A stretch of DNA of 64,000 bases from a candidate division FCPU426 bacterium. Its GTDB lineage: Bacteria; Oederibacteriota; JAAXVQ01; JAUVAV01. The stretch covers positions 309-64,308 of the forward strand of contig JAUVAV010000011.1 of the NCBI GenBank assembly GCA_030591525.1, in the 5' to 3' direction. Numbering within the stretch: position 1 is the stretch's first letter; each line of letters opens with the position of its first letter. The translations under genes and the position numbers were made by a program. Below are positions 37,031 through 46,280 of the stretch, piece by piece. The notes beneath the pieces were generated by a model. It saw only the letters and a list, made by a program, of their open reading frames with translations, searched no databases and was not told where the DNA came from.

Positions 37031-37684
37031 GTGCACCGGTTAATCATGGTTTTTATTCCATTCGCGGTCCTGCTGGTTCGACTGCTCGGCTTAACTATGC
37101 GCATCAGACTGGTTGATCCCTTCGGAGCATCACCGCAGGCCGGAAAAAGAATCCCCATTATTTATGCTTTTTGGCATAATCAGCAACTCCTTTCCACATT
37201 TTATTTTCGCGGTTTTGGGGTTCGGGTTTTAGTTTCCCGTTCCCGGGATGGAGACTATATTGCCAGAACCCTGCACAGTTTGGGATTCGGGACAGTCCGG
37301 TCATCTACCAGCCAAGGAAAGGTTAATGCCTTGCGTGGGCTGGCCCGGGAACTTAAAAAAGGCTTTAATGTTGCGATTACTCCGGACGGGCCTAGGGGTC
37401 CGGTATATCAGGCGCAGCCCGGCGCGGTTTTTCTAGCCGCGATGTCAGGGTATCAGGTAGTGCCGATTGGGTCTGCGGTAGACCGGGTCTGGAGGCTGCG
37501 TTCCTGGGATGGTTTTGAAATTCCCAAGCTCTTCAGCCGGGCGGTATTTTTTTTCGGTGAACCGTTGGATATACCCCGAAAGCTGGACCAGGCTCAAACT
37601 CAGGAATGGACAACCAAGTTACAGAATTGCTTGAACGAGGCGCAAAAAAAGGCAGTGGAAATAAATCAGACACCAGGGGTTTGA
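37031..37684 (+). CDS. DUF374 lysophospholipid acyltransferase-family protein
   Basis: IYAFWH, LVSRSRDGD, AITPDGPRGP, SWDGFEIP. Confidence 0.88.
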   Translation: MHRLIMVFIPFAVLLVRLLGLTMRIRLVDPFGASPQAGKRIPIIYAFWHNQQLLSTFYFRGFGVRVLVSRSRDGDYIARTLHSLGFGTVRSSTSQGKVNALRGLARELKKGFNVAITPDGPRGPVYQAQPGAVFLAAMSGYQVVPIGSAVDRVWRLRSWDGFEIPKLFSRAVFFFGEPLDIPRKLDQAQTQEWTTKLQNCLNEAQKKAVEINQTPGV

Positions 37685-37810
37685 GCAATTAGTCGGTTTT
37701 TTTGAGAATAGATAATAGAAAGTAGACCGCATTTGAGATATTTTATCTAATTTCTACTATCGAATCTCAAATGCTCTGGAGCCTGAGCAACTAATCGCTC
37801 AGGCTCCTAG
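37673..37810. mobile_element. CTAG-ended MITE-like element, copy B
   Basis: ccaggggtttgagcaattagtc ... gctcaggctcctag; internal tagaccgca shared with copy A. Confidence 0.65.
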
Positions 37811-38001
37811 GAGACGACTTTTTTAACTTTATTCGAGCGGAGACAACGAGTGCAAACCATTACCCGGCGTACTACGCCATTAATTTCAGCGCGTACTTTT
37901 TGAAGATTAGGTTCCCAGCGCCGTTTGGTATGCCGCATGGAATGAGAAACTTTAAAACCAACCTGGTGGGTTTTATTGCAAATTACACATTTGACTGGCA
38001 T
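37807..38001 (-). CDS. rpmB: 50S ribosomal protein L28 (Cys4 zinc-binding form)
   Basis: CVICNK..G.KVSHS..TKRRWEPNLQ...VCTRCLRS. Confidence 0.95.
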   Translation of the reverse strand: MPVKCVICNKTHQVGFKVSHSMRHTKRRWEPNLQKVRAEINGVVRRVMVCTRCLRSNKVKKVVS

Positions 38002-38070
38002 TAAGATAACACCTTTCATTAAAATAGAATGGAATTTATAACATGAAAGCCGCCGTATGACAAGCAGAAA

Positions 38071-40143
38071 ATGAAAAATTTACTAAATTTAAAAGATTCT
38101 GTTCAAGACTTAAAAGGCGTTGGTCCGCAGCGGGCGCGGCTGTTGAATAAATTGGGCGTTGGGACGGTGGAGGATCTTATTCGCTATTTTCCCCGGGCCT
38201 GGCAGGATCGGTGTCATTTAACTGAAATCCGGGCCCTTGAATCCGGGGCAATTACCACTCTCTGCGGCCTGGTTCGCAGGCGATCGACTTTCAGAGTGCG
38301 TTCGAATTTCAATATTACACGTATAGTCTTGGAAGATCAAACCGGACGGATCGAGGCTACCTGGTTCAATCAGCCTTACATGCGGAACCGCTTTCAGGAT
38401 GGGCAGCGTGTTATGGTTCATGGGAAGGTGGAATTTAACCGCGCCTGGCGTATCATGAATCCTGAGTATGAAATACTGGAGGATGAAACAGAAAATCCGA
38501 TCCACACCGGGCGCATTGTGCCGATATATCCCCTGACTGAAAAACTTACCCAGCGCGTATTGCGAAGCACTGTATATAATGTGCTGTCCCGGCTTCCGCA
38601 ATCTCTGCCTGAGATAATTCCACCAACCGTAGTACGTAAAAATAATTTTCCTTCCCCTGGCCGGGCTGTCAACGACATTCATTTTCCGCCAAATTTTCAG
38701 GCCCGGGACCAGGCCCGGCAACGGCTGGTCTGGGAAGAACTTTTGCTGCAACAGCTGGTCGTAGGGCGTTTGAGACACCGATACCAAGAGTCAAAAGGCA
38801 CGGCTTTAAAAAGGGACGGAGCCGGGCTGGAAAAATTCACCTCCCATTTGCCCTTTGAACTGACTTCCGCGCAAGTCCGGGCCCGGGACCAGATTTTTCA
38901 TGATCTGGTTTCATCCCGGCCCATGCACCGGTTATTGCAAGGGGATGTCGGGTCTGGCAAGACTATTATAGCCGTATTAGCCATGCTTTTGGCGGTTGAT
39001 TCCGGACGGCAGGCGGCCCTGATGGCGCCCACTGAGGTTTTGGCTGCCCAGCATTATATGAGTATTAAACAGCTGCTTGATCCTTGCGGCGTCAATATAG
39101 AATTGATTACTTCAGGAGGTACGGCCCCGGAGCGGCGCCGTATTCATGAGCGCTTGGCCGGCGGGGAGATCAACCTTGCCGTGGGAACACATGCCCTGAT
39201 CCAGCAGTCCGTGGTTTTTAATCATCTCGCCCTGGCAGTTATAGATGAACAGCATCGCTTCGGTGTTGAGCAGCGCGCCATGCTTAGAGCCAAGGGCCAA
39301 CAGCCGCATGTGTTGGTTATGACCGCGACTCCCATACCTCGCACCCTGTCCATGACAGTGTATGGCGATCTGGATGTAACTACTATTAATGAACTGCCCC
39401 CGGGAAGGAGGCCGGTTCAAACCAGATGGCTGGCCCGCGCTGAGGGCCGGACCGCCTATGAACAGGCGGCGCGCGCGGCAGAGAGCGGCCGGCAGGTGTA
39501 TGTGATTTTTCCCTTGATTGAAGAATCCGAAAAAATGGATTTAAAAGCTTTGAATTCGGAATACGAGCATCTGTGTCAAAGGTTTAAGGGCCGGAAACTT
39601 GGTCTGCTGCATGGGCGGATGAAAACGTACGATAAGGAAAAAGTCATGGCAAAATTCAGGGCAGGAGAGATAGAAATACTGGCCGCGACCACTGTGGTTG
39701 AAGTCGGGGTGGATGTTCCGAATGCCACTGTTATGGTAATAGAAAACGCTGACCGGTTCGGTCTGGCACAGCTGCATCAGCTTCGGGGCCGGATAGGCCG
39801 GGGCGAACATGAGGGGTTTTGTTTCTTAATAGCTGATCCGGGCACGGCTGAGGGAAGGGCGAGGATGGAAATCATGACCCGCGTAACGGACGGATTTCAG
39901 CTGGCTGAGGAGGACCTGGCTCTGCGCGGTCCGGGTGAATTTTTGGGCCTGCGCCAGCACGGTCTGCCGGAGTTTAAGCTGGCCGATTTGTTACGGGATG
40001 CAGCCTGCCTCGTGGAAGCCAGAGAAGCAGCCCAGGAGATTATCCGGCAGGATCCTGATTTACAGAAGCCGGAAAACCGTGAACTAGGACAAGTTTATGC
40101 GGCCATTTACGGAGAACGTGAGAGCCGGGTCAGGTCTGGTTAA
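38071..40143 (+). CDS. recG: ATP-dependent DNA helicase RecG
   Basis: LKGVGP, WFNQPY, LLQGDVGSGKT, DEQHRFG, TATPIPRTL, QLHQLRGRIGRG, RGPGE. Confidence 0.98.
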   Translation: MKNLLNLKDSVQDLKGVGPQRARLLNKLGVGTVEDLIRYFPRAWQDRCHLTEIRALESGAITTLCGLVRRRSTFRVRSNFNITRIVLEDQTGRIEATWFNQPYMRNRFQDGQRVMVHGKVEFNRAWRIMNPEYEILEDETENPIHTGRIVPIYPLTEKLTQRVLRSTVYNVLSRLPQSLPEIIPPTVVRKNNFPSPGRAVNDIHFPPNFQARDQARQRLVWEELLLQQLVVGRLRHRYQESKGTALKRDGAGLEKFTSHLPFELTSAQVRARDQIFHDLVSSRPMHRLLQGDVGSGKTIIAVLAMLLAVDSGRQAALMAPTEVLAAQHYMSIKQLLDPCGVNIELITSGGTAPERRRIHERLAGGEINLAVGTHALIQQSVVFNHLALAVIDEQHRFGVEQRAMLRAKGQQPHVLVMTATPIPRTLSMTVYGDLDVTTINELPPGRRPVQTRWLARAEGRTAYEQAARAAESGRQVYVIFPLIEESEKMDLKALNSEYEHLCQRFKGRKLGLLHGRMKTYDKEKVMAKFRAGEIEILAATTVVEVGVDVPNATVMVIENADRFGLAQLHQLRGRIGRGEHEGFCFLIADPGTAEGRARMEIMTRVTDGFQLAEEDLALRGPGEFLGLRQHGLPEFKLADLLRDAACLVEAREAAQEIIRQDPDLQKPENRELGQVYAAIYGERESRVRSG

Positions 40144-40300
40144 CTAGGAGTTTGAGCAATTAGTCTATGACTAATTGCTCAAACTCCAGAGCAATTGAGA
40201 ATTGAACAATAGAGCAATAGAAAAACTCAATTGCGGTCTATTTTCTATTGTTCAATTGCTCAGGAAATAAAAAAAACAGACTAAATGCTCAGGCTCCTAG
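40144..40300. mobile_element. CTAG-ended MITE-like element, copy C
   Basis: ctaggagtttgagcaattagtc ... gactaaatgctcaggctcctag, starting immediately after the recG stop. Confidence 0.72.
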
Positions 40301-40327
40301 TGTCGTGTCTCATAAATTCCATTAATA

Positions 40328-40442
40328 TGTCACCCCGGTGTGATTGTAGCCGGGGTCCAGAAAAACATTATTTTTTACGGATAAAGTCCCTGGATTCCTC
40401 GGCCTGTCCTGGACGTAGCCGAAGGATTCCCACGGAATGACA
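40328..40442. repeat. TGTCA-type palindromic element (divergent)
   Basis: tgtcaccccgg...ccggggtcca ... ctggattcc ... cggaatgaca. Confidence 0.55.
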
Positions 40443-40524
40443 TTATTTTTTCCGCCGAGAATGATTCAAAACGCAACGCAACAAATAATACAATAATAAA
40501 TAAAGAATATTAACGAAACGAATG

Positions 40525-40553
40525 TTGAAAAGCATTTGTGCTTATGATATAAT
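40525..40553 (+). promoter_or_regulatory. sigma70 promoter of the 1511-aa gene
   Basis: TTGAAA-17 bp-TATAAT with extended TGn. Confidence 0.65.
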
Positions 40554-40630
40554 ATAACAAGTGCCAAAAGCTATATTTTAAAGATCATCTAATCAATTTT
40601 ATCAATCCTAAATTTATATGAAAGAAAATT

Positions 40631-43600
40631 ATGCAAAAATTCAAATCTTTTTTACCAATATCAGTTCAGCCCGGCTCTCCAGGCCTGCGCTGGACAAAAA
40701 TAACCGCTCTGCTGCTGGCAATCACCTTGGTCTTTCCTCATTTGGCATGGGCTTTTGAATATATTAATCTTTCCAACCCTAAGGTAATGATTTTTAATAA
40801 CCGGCCGGTTGAGATTCCTAAAAAAATCGGCAAAATAAGCAGGACTTTTCATGGCCAGGACCAATTGGTTATTCATATTGAGGACCTGCACTGTAATTAC
40901 GAAATTCAATCCAATATAGCTAAAATCATTGATCACCTGGCCCGTTGGCATACCCTCCGGCTGGTAACTATGGAAGGAGCCGACAAGCCGGTCAATGTAG
41001 CCAAGTTGTCTGCTTTTCCCATAGAGGCCGTGAAAAAAGAGGTTGGAGAGTATTTTATTAAACAGGGAAAAATATCCGGGGCCGAGTTTTATGCGGCTAC
41101 GGGACGCTATCCTATTGACCTGGAAGGAATAGAGAATCCTGAGCATTACCGGCAAGGACGCGAATTGGTCTCAGGCTTTCTTAATAATGAAAGTCAGGGA
41201 TATGTGCATGATTTAAGAGACATGCTGGAGGAGTTAAAGAAATGCATCTATAGTCCGGAATTATTTAAATTTGACGCGAAAAAGACCGCCTGGCGTGAGG
41301 GCCGTATTTCCAGCTTGAAATACTGCATCTTTTTAAAGCAACGCGCTGTTCGCTCCGGTCTGAAAGGTTTTCCACTAATCAAACGCTATGTATCCCGGGG
41401 AGAGGAAGTACTCTGGCCGGGACTGGACCCGGATCAGCTTTACCAGGAGATTGAGCGTCTGGACGGAATTCTGCGCGCAGGGCTTTACACCAGGACAGAG
41501 CAGCGCGAACTCGATCAGCACCAGCGCCGGCTGGACATAATGGAGAAACTTTTAAATATCTCTGCCACGCCCGTTGAATTGGCCGAGTATCAAGAACATG
41601 CCCCGGCCTTTCAAATCAAGAATTTTCAGGATTTTATCCAGGGTTATGCGGCAGGTAAAAAATATCCCTGGGATCCCGGTATTTACGGGTTGGACCGCTG
41701 GCTCGAAAAAGCCCGGGCTTTTTATGCGAATGCCGATCAGCGCAGCCTGGATTTTATAACAAATCTTCTCGCCCGCATGGAGCATTACCAGGCCCAAATA
41801 GCGGTCCTGATAACCGGCGGTTATCATACCCCAATGGTGTTGGAAGAGCTTGAGCAGCGCAATATTTCCTTTATTTCAGTACAACCCGGTTTAACCCGCC
41901 AGGATTTAGTTAATCCCTATTTTTCACTGTTAAGAGAGCAACGTACGCCGCTGGAGAAGCTGCTGAGCCAGGATCAAAAGGTTATAGCCCTGGAACCCTT
42001 TTTTGCGCAATGGGATAAAATCAGGATCAAGGCGGATCAGCTTCCTGCGGAAGTTCGCTTGGGTTATGACCTGTTGGAAATGACCTTAAAACTGGATTAT
42101 ATTCATTACTTGCAGGAAAAAGGAGTTGCCGGACTGGAAGGCCTGCAAGCCGAGTATAGGCAAGAGATTGCGGAATACGAGAAAAACAGCCAACGGATCA
42201 AGCTGAATTTAAACCGCGTCTTGGCCGGGGACCGGTTTTTTGCCGTGCCCTTTGAGGGAGCATCCTATTTTGCCGTGCTGAGTTTGCCGGGACAGAGCCC
42301 GGTGTCCGGCGCTTTCCAGACCATGCTGATCAAGGATGATCTTGAATTAACTTTTTACCATAAGCCAGAGTGGAATGTCATGGCCGAAAAAATTAAAGAC
42401 CAGCCGATTTATGATGCCTCCCACGCCCTGGTCCGCAGACGTCTTCTCCAGGCTGTGTGCCCGGGAGGGGAGCCTGTGATTTTTGCCGGGGAATGGCTTG
42501 CGCCCCGCATTCTAAATTGGATGAAGCGCCGGTCGCAACAGGGGAAAATATTACCGGCCAAAATAGAGCGGACATTGACCAATCCGGCCGGCGGATTGGT
42601 CATTAAATTAGGACTGGGATTAGGCCGGGCGATCTTTGGGAATCAGAAAATTATGCAGCAGCTTATTTTATTCTTTCCGGTTTTGTCGGCTAATGACAAT
42701 AAAACCGGAAACCGGATGGCCAAGAAGACCGGCGAAGAGGAAAATATTGCTATTATTCAAGAAACCGCAGCTTATCGGCTTTTGGAGACACTGGGGCTTT
42801 TAGCGATAGAGAACAACCCGGCAGTAGTAATTGAAGAGACTGTGAAATATCCTGAATATACTGTCCGCAGGATCCGAATTCCTGAACGTGCAGATACTAC
42901 AAAGCCTCCGCGGGGATTGGAAATTCTCCAGAATGAAATAGCCGATATTGTTCGGTTTGACCTTTTGTATAATAGGGAAAATCAACTTATTGCGATATTT
43001 CCAGCCTTGCCCCTTGAGACAAATTCGAAATCAACCCACATAGCTTATAATGGTATAATAAAATATTTTGATTTGGGAGAATACTATTTAAAGGATTCTG
43101 AGATAACTGTTCCGGAAATAGAAGGCAAGTGGGAAAAGATGTACGCTGAAAGCGAGTCGAATATCCGGCTGATTAAAAGCTATCTTAAGCTTGTACTAGG
43201 CAAGAAAGCCTCGTCAGCCCTTATGATTGATTGTGAGTGTGGAAAGCGACCTTATGCCTATATATCAGTGGATCGGGAAACTGGAAAATGGCAAGCATAT
43301 GAAGTGGGAATGCAATACAAAAAGCACCCGGATGTAAAGCCGCATCTAAATAGAGAAGAAATTATTATTCCGGTTTATCCGACAGTTTATTCGCCGGGTA
43401 ATCCTGTGGCCGATGTTGATGATGGATATTATAACTATATTTATAAGCATATGGGATTAAGGTTGGACCATAAAGTCATGGTAGTAGGACCGGGTTCAGG
43501 GTCGGATACATGGACGATTTCCCGGAAGACCGGGGGGAAGGTCTGGGCAGTGGGGATTAATCCTTTAGAGGTTGCGAATACGGTTCAAACCGCCGTGATA

Positions 43601-45166
43601 GGCGGATTTGAAGTGGACGCTGTAGTTGGTAATAATATTATCGATGAAATGGGCCATTCCGTATTTCCCGGCCAAAAATTCAACCGGATTGTTTGGTGTA
43701 TGCCTCATTTTAGTCACCGGAGTTTGGGTTTTAGCGGACGCCATCCCTCGTTTTCCGAGTTTTGGGATCCTGATTTTGAAGGAGAGGTTTTAAAGCGATT
43801 TGTAAAAGGTTTGCCATTATTACTTGAACCGGACGGTTATGCCATTATCTGGAATAAAAATATCCCCGATACCATGCTGCAATCTTTCGAAGGAGTGAAG
43901 ATCGAAAAAGTGGAGAGCATGGTTTATAAGATTATTCTAACCGAACCCGCATCAGCAAGCGTCAACAGACCGCGGATCCATCCTGGAATGTTTAACCTGC
44001 CTTTTTATATCCGGCATTTAAAAATTTTGCAGCACTGGCGTCTGCCGCGCGCGCTTGGGATGTTTATCCTGGCTAGTGGATGGCTGCTGGTCCAGACGGC
44101 GTGCCGAGCCTTTCCCCGGCTGAAAATTTCCGGAACGGATAAGGACTTGGACCCTGATTCGAGTAAGGAACTTAATTTAATGAAGCTCCGCCACGGCATG
44201 CCTGGAGTCCGTTTCCGGACGCTTTCCGGAAGATCATGGTGGAAAATATGGGGAATGATTACAGGGCTTTACCGTGAGAATGAACAGACTCCGGCTACTA
44301 TTTACGCATACCCGCCCTGGCTTAAGCTTATCCAGGCGCCTGAACTAAAAGCTAAGGGTTCTCTGGAATCCAGATTGGCCGGATGGCGTTATGCCTTGAC
44401 CAGGCGTCTGCTTGATAATTGTTTGGCTTACCACAGGGTGGATTATCTCAATTCCGGGACCGGATTCTGGGAGCGGAACCTGGATAAATTATTCAGGCGT
44501 GATATTCCCGCCTTGGCAAGACACACTCTTGCCAGGCACGAGATTCCGGGATTCGGCACGAGGATGGTGCGCCTGGCAGCAGTGAAATTACCCTGGCTGG
44601 CGGGATTCGGGAAGTCCCTGCGTTTATCTATACTCAAAGCGTATCCGGACTGGGAAATTAAAAAAATACTCGAGAGCATTAAGGCAGGATATCCGAAAGG
44701 CATGACGCCGAACTGCCTGGATGGTCTGGCCGGACAATTCAACCGCCCCGAATCCGGGGTTTACCAGGCCTACCAGGATATGGTCCGGGCATCGCCCAAA
44801 AAGTTTACGCAGGAACAAACGGAATTTTTCAGACAACTAAGAAACTTCATGCTGCCGAATCAGACCGATGTTCCGGAGCGAATGCCGGATAATATCGCAA
44901 TTTACCTGGAATTGATTTCCCGCCTGGATTTTGGTCCGTCATTTGAAATCGGGCGCTGGTCTCTACATGACCAAGTACCTGGATATTTAAAAGGCCGGAT
45001 AATATCCTTGCCCATAAGCATGAAAAACAGCCCGGGAGCAAGAGAACTCATAGTGATTATCAGCATGCTTCGCAGGTTTCAACCCTGGATAATCTTAAAT
45101 AATAAAACTATGGAAGAGATACTCTATCCCCGCAATACTCCCTGTATCTTTGAACAGGCTGCGTAA
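40631..45166 (+). CDS. 1511-aa exported modular protein: signal peptide, ~400-aa N-terminal domain, methyltransferase-fold cargo, C-terminal domain shared with ORF1
   Basis: ITALLLAITLVFPHLAWA|F; IEDLHC, MEGA, QRS, TGGYH; VYPTVYSP, VVGPGSG, AVGINP, IVWCMPHF; ends FEQAA. Confidence 0.85.
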   Translation: MQKFKSFLPISVQPGSPGLRWTKITALLLAITLVFPHLAWAFEYINLSNPKVMIFNNRPVEIPKKIGKISRTFHGQDQLVIHIEDLHCNYEIQSNIAKIIDHLARWHTLRLVTMEGADKPVNVAKLSAFPIEAVKKEVGEYFIKQGKISGAEFYAATGRYPIDLEGIENPEHYRQGRELVSGFLNNESQGYVHDLRDMLEELKKCIYSPELFKFDAKKTAWREGRISSLKYCIFLKQRAVRSGLKGFPLIKRYVSRGEEVLWPGLDPDQLYQEIERLDGILRAGLYTRTEQRELDQHQRRLDIMEKLLNISATPVELAEYQEHAPAFQIKNFQDFIQGYAAGKKYPWDPGIYGLDRWLEKARAFYANADQRSLDFITNLLARMEHYQAQIAVLITGGYHTPMVLEELEQRNISFISVQPGLTRQDLVNPYFSLLREQRTPLEKLLSQDQKVIALEPFFAQWDKIRIKADQLPAEVRLGYDLLEMTLKLDYIHYLQEKGVAGLEGLQAEYRQEIAEYEKNSQRIKLNLNRVLAGDRFFAVPFEGASYFAVLSLPGQSPVSGAFQTMLIKDDLELTFYHKPEWNVMAEKIKDQPIYDASHALVRRRLLQAVCPGGEPVIFAGEWLAPRILNWMKRRSQQGKILPAKIERTLTNPAGGLVIKLGLGLGRAIFGNQKIMQQLILFFPVLSANDNKTGNRMAKKTGEEENIAIIQETAAYRLLETLGLLAIENNPAVVIEETVKYPEYTVRRIRIPERADTTKPPRGLEILQNEIADIVRFDLLYNRENQLIAIFPALPLETNSKSTHIAYNGIIKYFDLGEYYLKDSEITVPEIEGKWEKMYAESESNIRLIKSYLKLVLGKKASSALMIDCECGKRPYAYISVDRETGKWQAYEVGMQYKKHPDVKPHLNREEIIIPVYPTVYSPGNPVADVDDGYYNYIYKHMGLRLDHKVMVVGPGSGSDTWTISRKTGGKVWAVGINPLEVANTVQTAVIGGFEVDAVVGNNIIDEMGHSVFPGQKFNRIVWCMPHFSHRSLGFSGRHPSFSEFWDPDFEGEVLKRFVKGLPLLLEPDGYAIIWNKNIPDTMLQSFEGVKIEKVESMVYKIILTEPASASVNRPRIHPGMFNLPFYIRHLKILQHWRLPRALGMFILASGWLLVQTACRAFPRLKISGTDKDLDPDSSKELNLMKLRHGMPGVRFRTLSGRSWWKIWGMITGLYRENEQTPATIYAYPPWLKLIQAPELKAKGSLESRLAGWRYALTRRLLDNCLAYHRVDYLNSGTGFWERNLDKLFRRDIPALARHTLARHEIPGFGTRMVRLAAVKLPWLAGFGKSLRLSILKAYPDWEIKKILESIKAGYPKGMTPNCLDGLAGQFNRPESGVYQAYQDMVRASPKKFTQEQTEFFRQLRNFMLPNQTDVPERMPDNIAIYLELISRLDFGPSFEIGRWSLHDQVPGYLKGRIISLPISMKNSPGARELIVIISMLRRFQPWIILNNKTMEEILYPRNTPCIFEQAA

Positions 45167-45170
45167 GATG

Positions 45171-45203
45171 GGAGCCTGAGCGACTAAATGCTCAAGCTCC
45201 TAG
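45171..45203. repeat. Minimal terminal-repeat hairpin of the CTAG MITE family
   Basis: ggagcctgagcgactaaatgctcaagctcctag. Confidence 0.65.
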
Positions 45204-45229
45204 GAATCTTCTTTTATCGAAAATTAGGC

Positions 45230-45258
45230 TTGTCAGCCGTGGAGAGCTTCTTTATAAT
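45230..45258 (+). promoter_or_regulatory. sigma70 promoter
   Basis: TTGTCA-17 bp-TATAAT upstream of the receiver gene. Confidence 0.6.
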
Positions 45259-45287
45259 AAATCATCCTGATACCGGAGGAGACTTAG

Positions 45288-45683
45288 ATGGGCGGTTCTG
45301 AAAAGGTTGACAAAATATTAATCATTGAAGATGAACCGGATATCATGGAATTGGTGGAAGTTATGCTTTCCAGCGATGAAAATTACCAACTGCTGAAAGC
45401 TACGGACGGACAGGAAGGTCTGGAACTGGCCATGTCGGAGAAGCCCGACCTTGTGCTGCTGGATATTATGCTGCCTAAGCTGGATGGTTATGAGATCTGC
45501 CGCCGTCTGAAAGGAACCCCGGAAACTGCCCATATACTGATAGTCATGTTGACAGCCTTTGGCCAGAAACGGGAGATCGAGGCGGGCTACAAACTTAAAG
45601 CCGATGATTATATTGTCAAGCCTTTTGAGCCGCTCAAACTCCGTCAACGGGTTAAAAAAATTCTTGCCGAACGTGTGAAATAA
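45288..45683 (+). CDS. Single-domain response regulator receiver
   Basis: ILIIEDE, PDLVLLDIMLPKLDG, MLTA, YIVKPF. Confidence 0.92.
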   Translation: MGGSEKVDKILIIEDEPDIMELVEVMLSSDENYQLLKATDGQEGLELAMSEKPDLVLLDIMLPKLDGYEICRRLKGTPETAHILIVMLTAFGQKREIEAGYKLKADDYIVKPFEPLKLRQRVKKILAERVK

Positions 45684-45694
45684 AGCCGACGGGT

Positions 45695-46255
45695 ATGCGA
45701 ATTATTGCCGGCCAATATCGCGGACAAATATTGAAAACGCCGCGCGGCTTAAAAGTCCGCCCCACGCTGAGCCGGATACGTGAATCTCTTTTTAATATTT
45801 TAGCTTCCCGGATTGAGGACTCGCGCTTCCTGGAATTATACGCGGGTTCCGGAAGTGTCGGCCTGGAAGCCTTGAGCCGGGGCAGCCGGCAGGTGGTCAT
45901 GGTGGAAGCCGATAGGGTTATCGCAAGCATCCTTTCGGATAATATATCGCGCCTTGATTCCCGGGGAACTGTCACAGAAATAAAAGTTTGTCCAGCCCGG
46001 CAGGCGGTGGAGCAACTGGCCGGGCGGAAAGCAGAATTCGATATTATTTTTTTAGATCCGCCTTATGCCCGGGAGGAGATTAAAACTTTGGGAACTGTCG
46101 GCCGGCTGGACCGGCTTATGGCGCCCCAAGGCATGTTGATTCTTCAGCACAGCAGCCGTGAATCTATACCGGAAGCCTGGGCCGGCTGCCGGAAATTACG
46201 TTCCCGTAAGTATGGTGAAACCACTTTGACCTTTTTTGAGGCCTTGCCTGGTTGA
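45695..46255 (+). CDS. rsmD: 16S rRNA m2G966 methyltransferase RsmD
   Basis: MRIIAG, RPT..RIRESLFN, LYAGSG.VGLEALSRG, FLDPPY, KYGET. Confidence 0.95.
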   Translation: MRIIAGQYRGQILKTPRGLKVRPTLSRIRESLFNILASRIEDSRFLELYAGSGSVGLEALSRGSRQVVMVEADRVIASILSDNISRLDSRGTVTEIKVCPARQAVEQLAGRKAEFDIIFLDPPYAREEIKTLGTVGRLDRLMAPQGMLILQHSSRESIPEAWAGCRKLRSRKYGETTLTFFEALPG

Positions 46256-46280
46256 TTTCGGCCAATAAGTTAAGGAGCCT

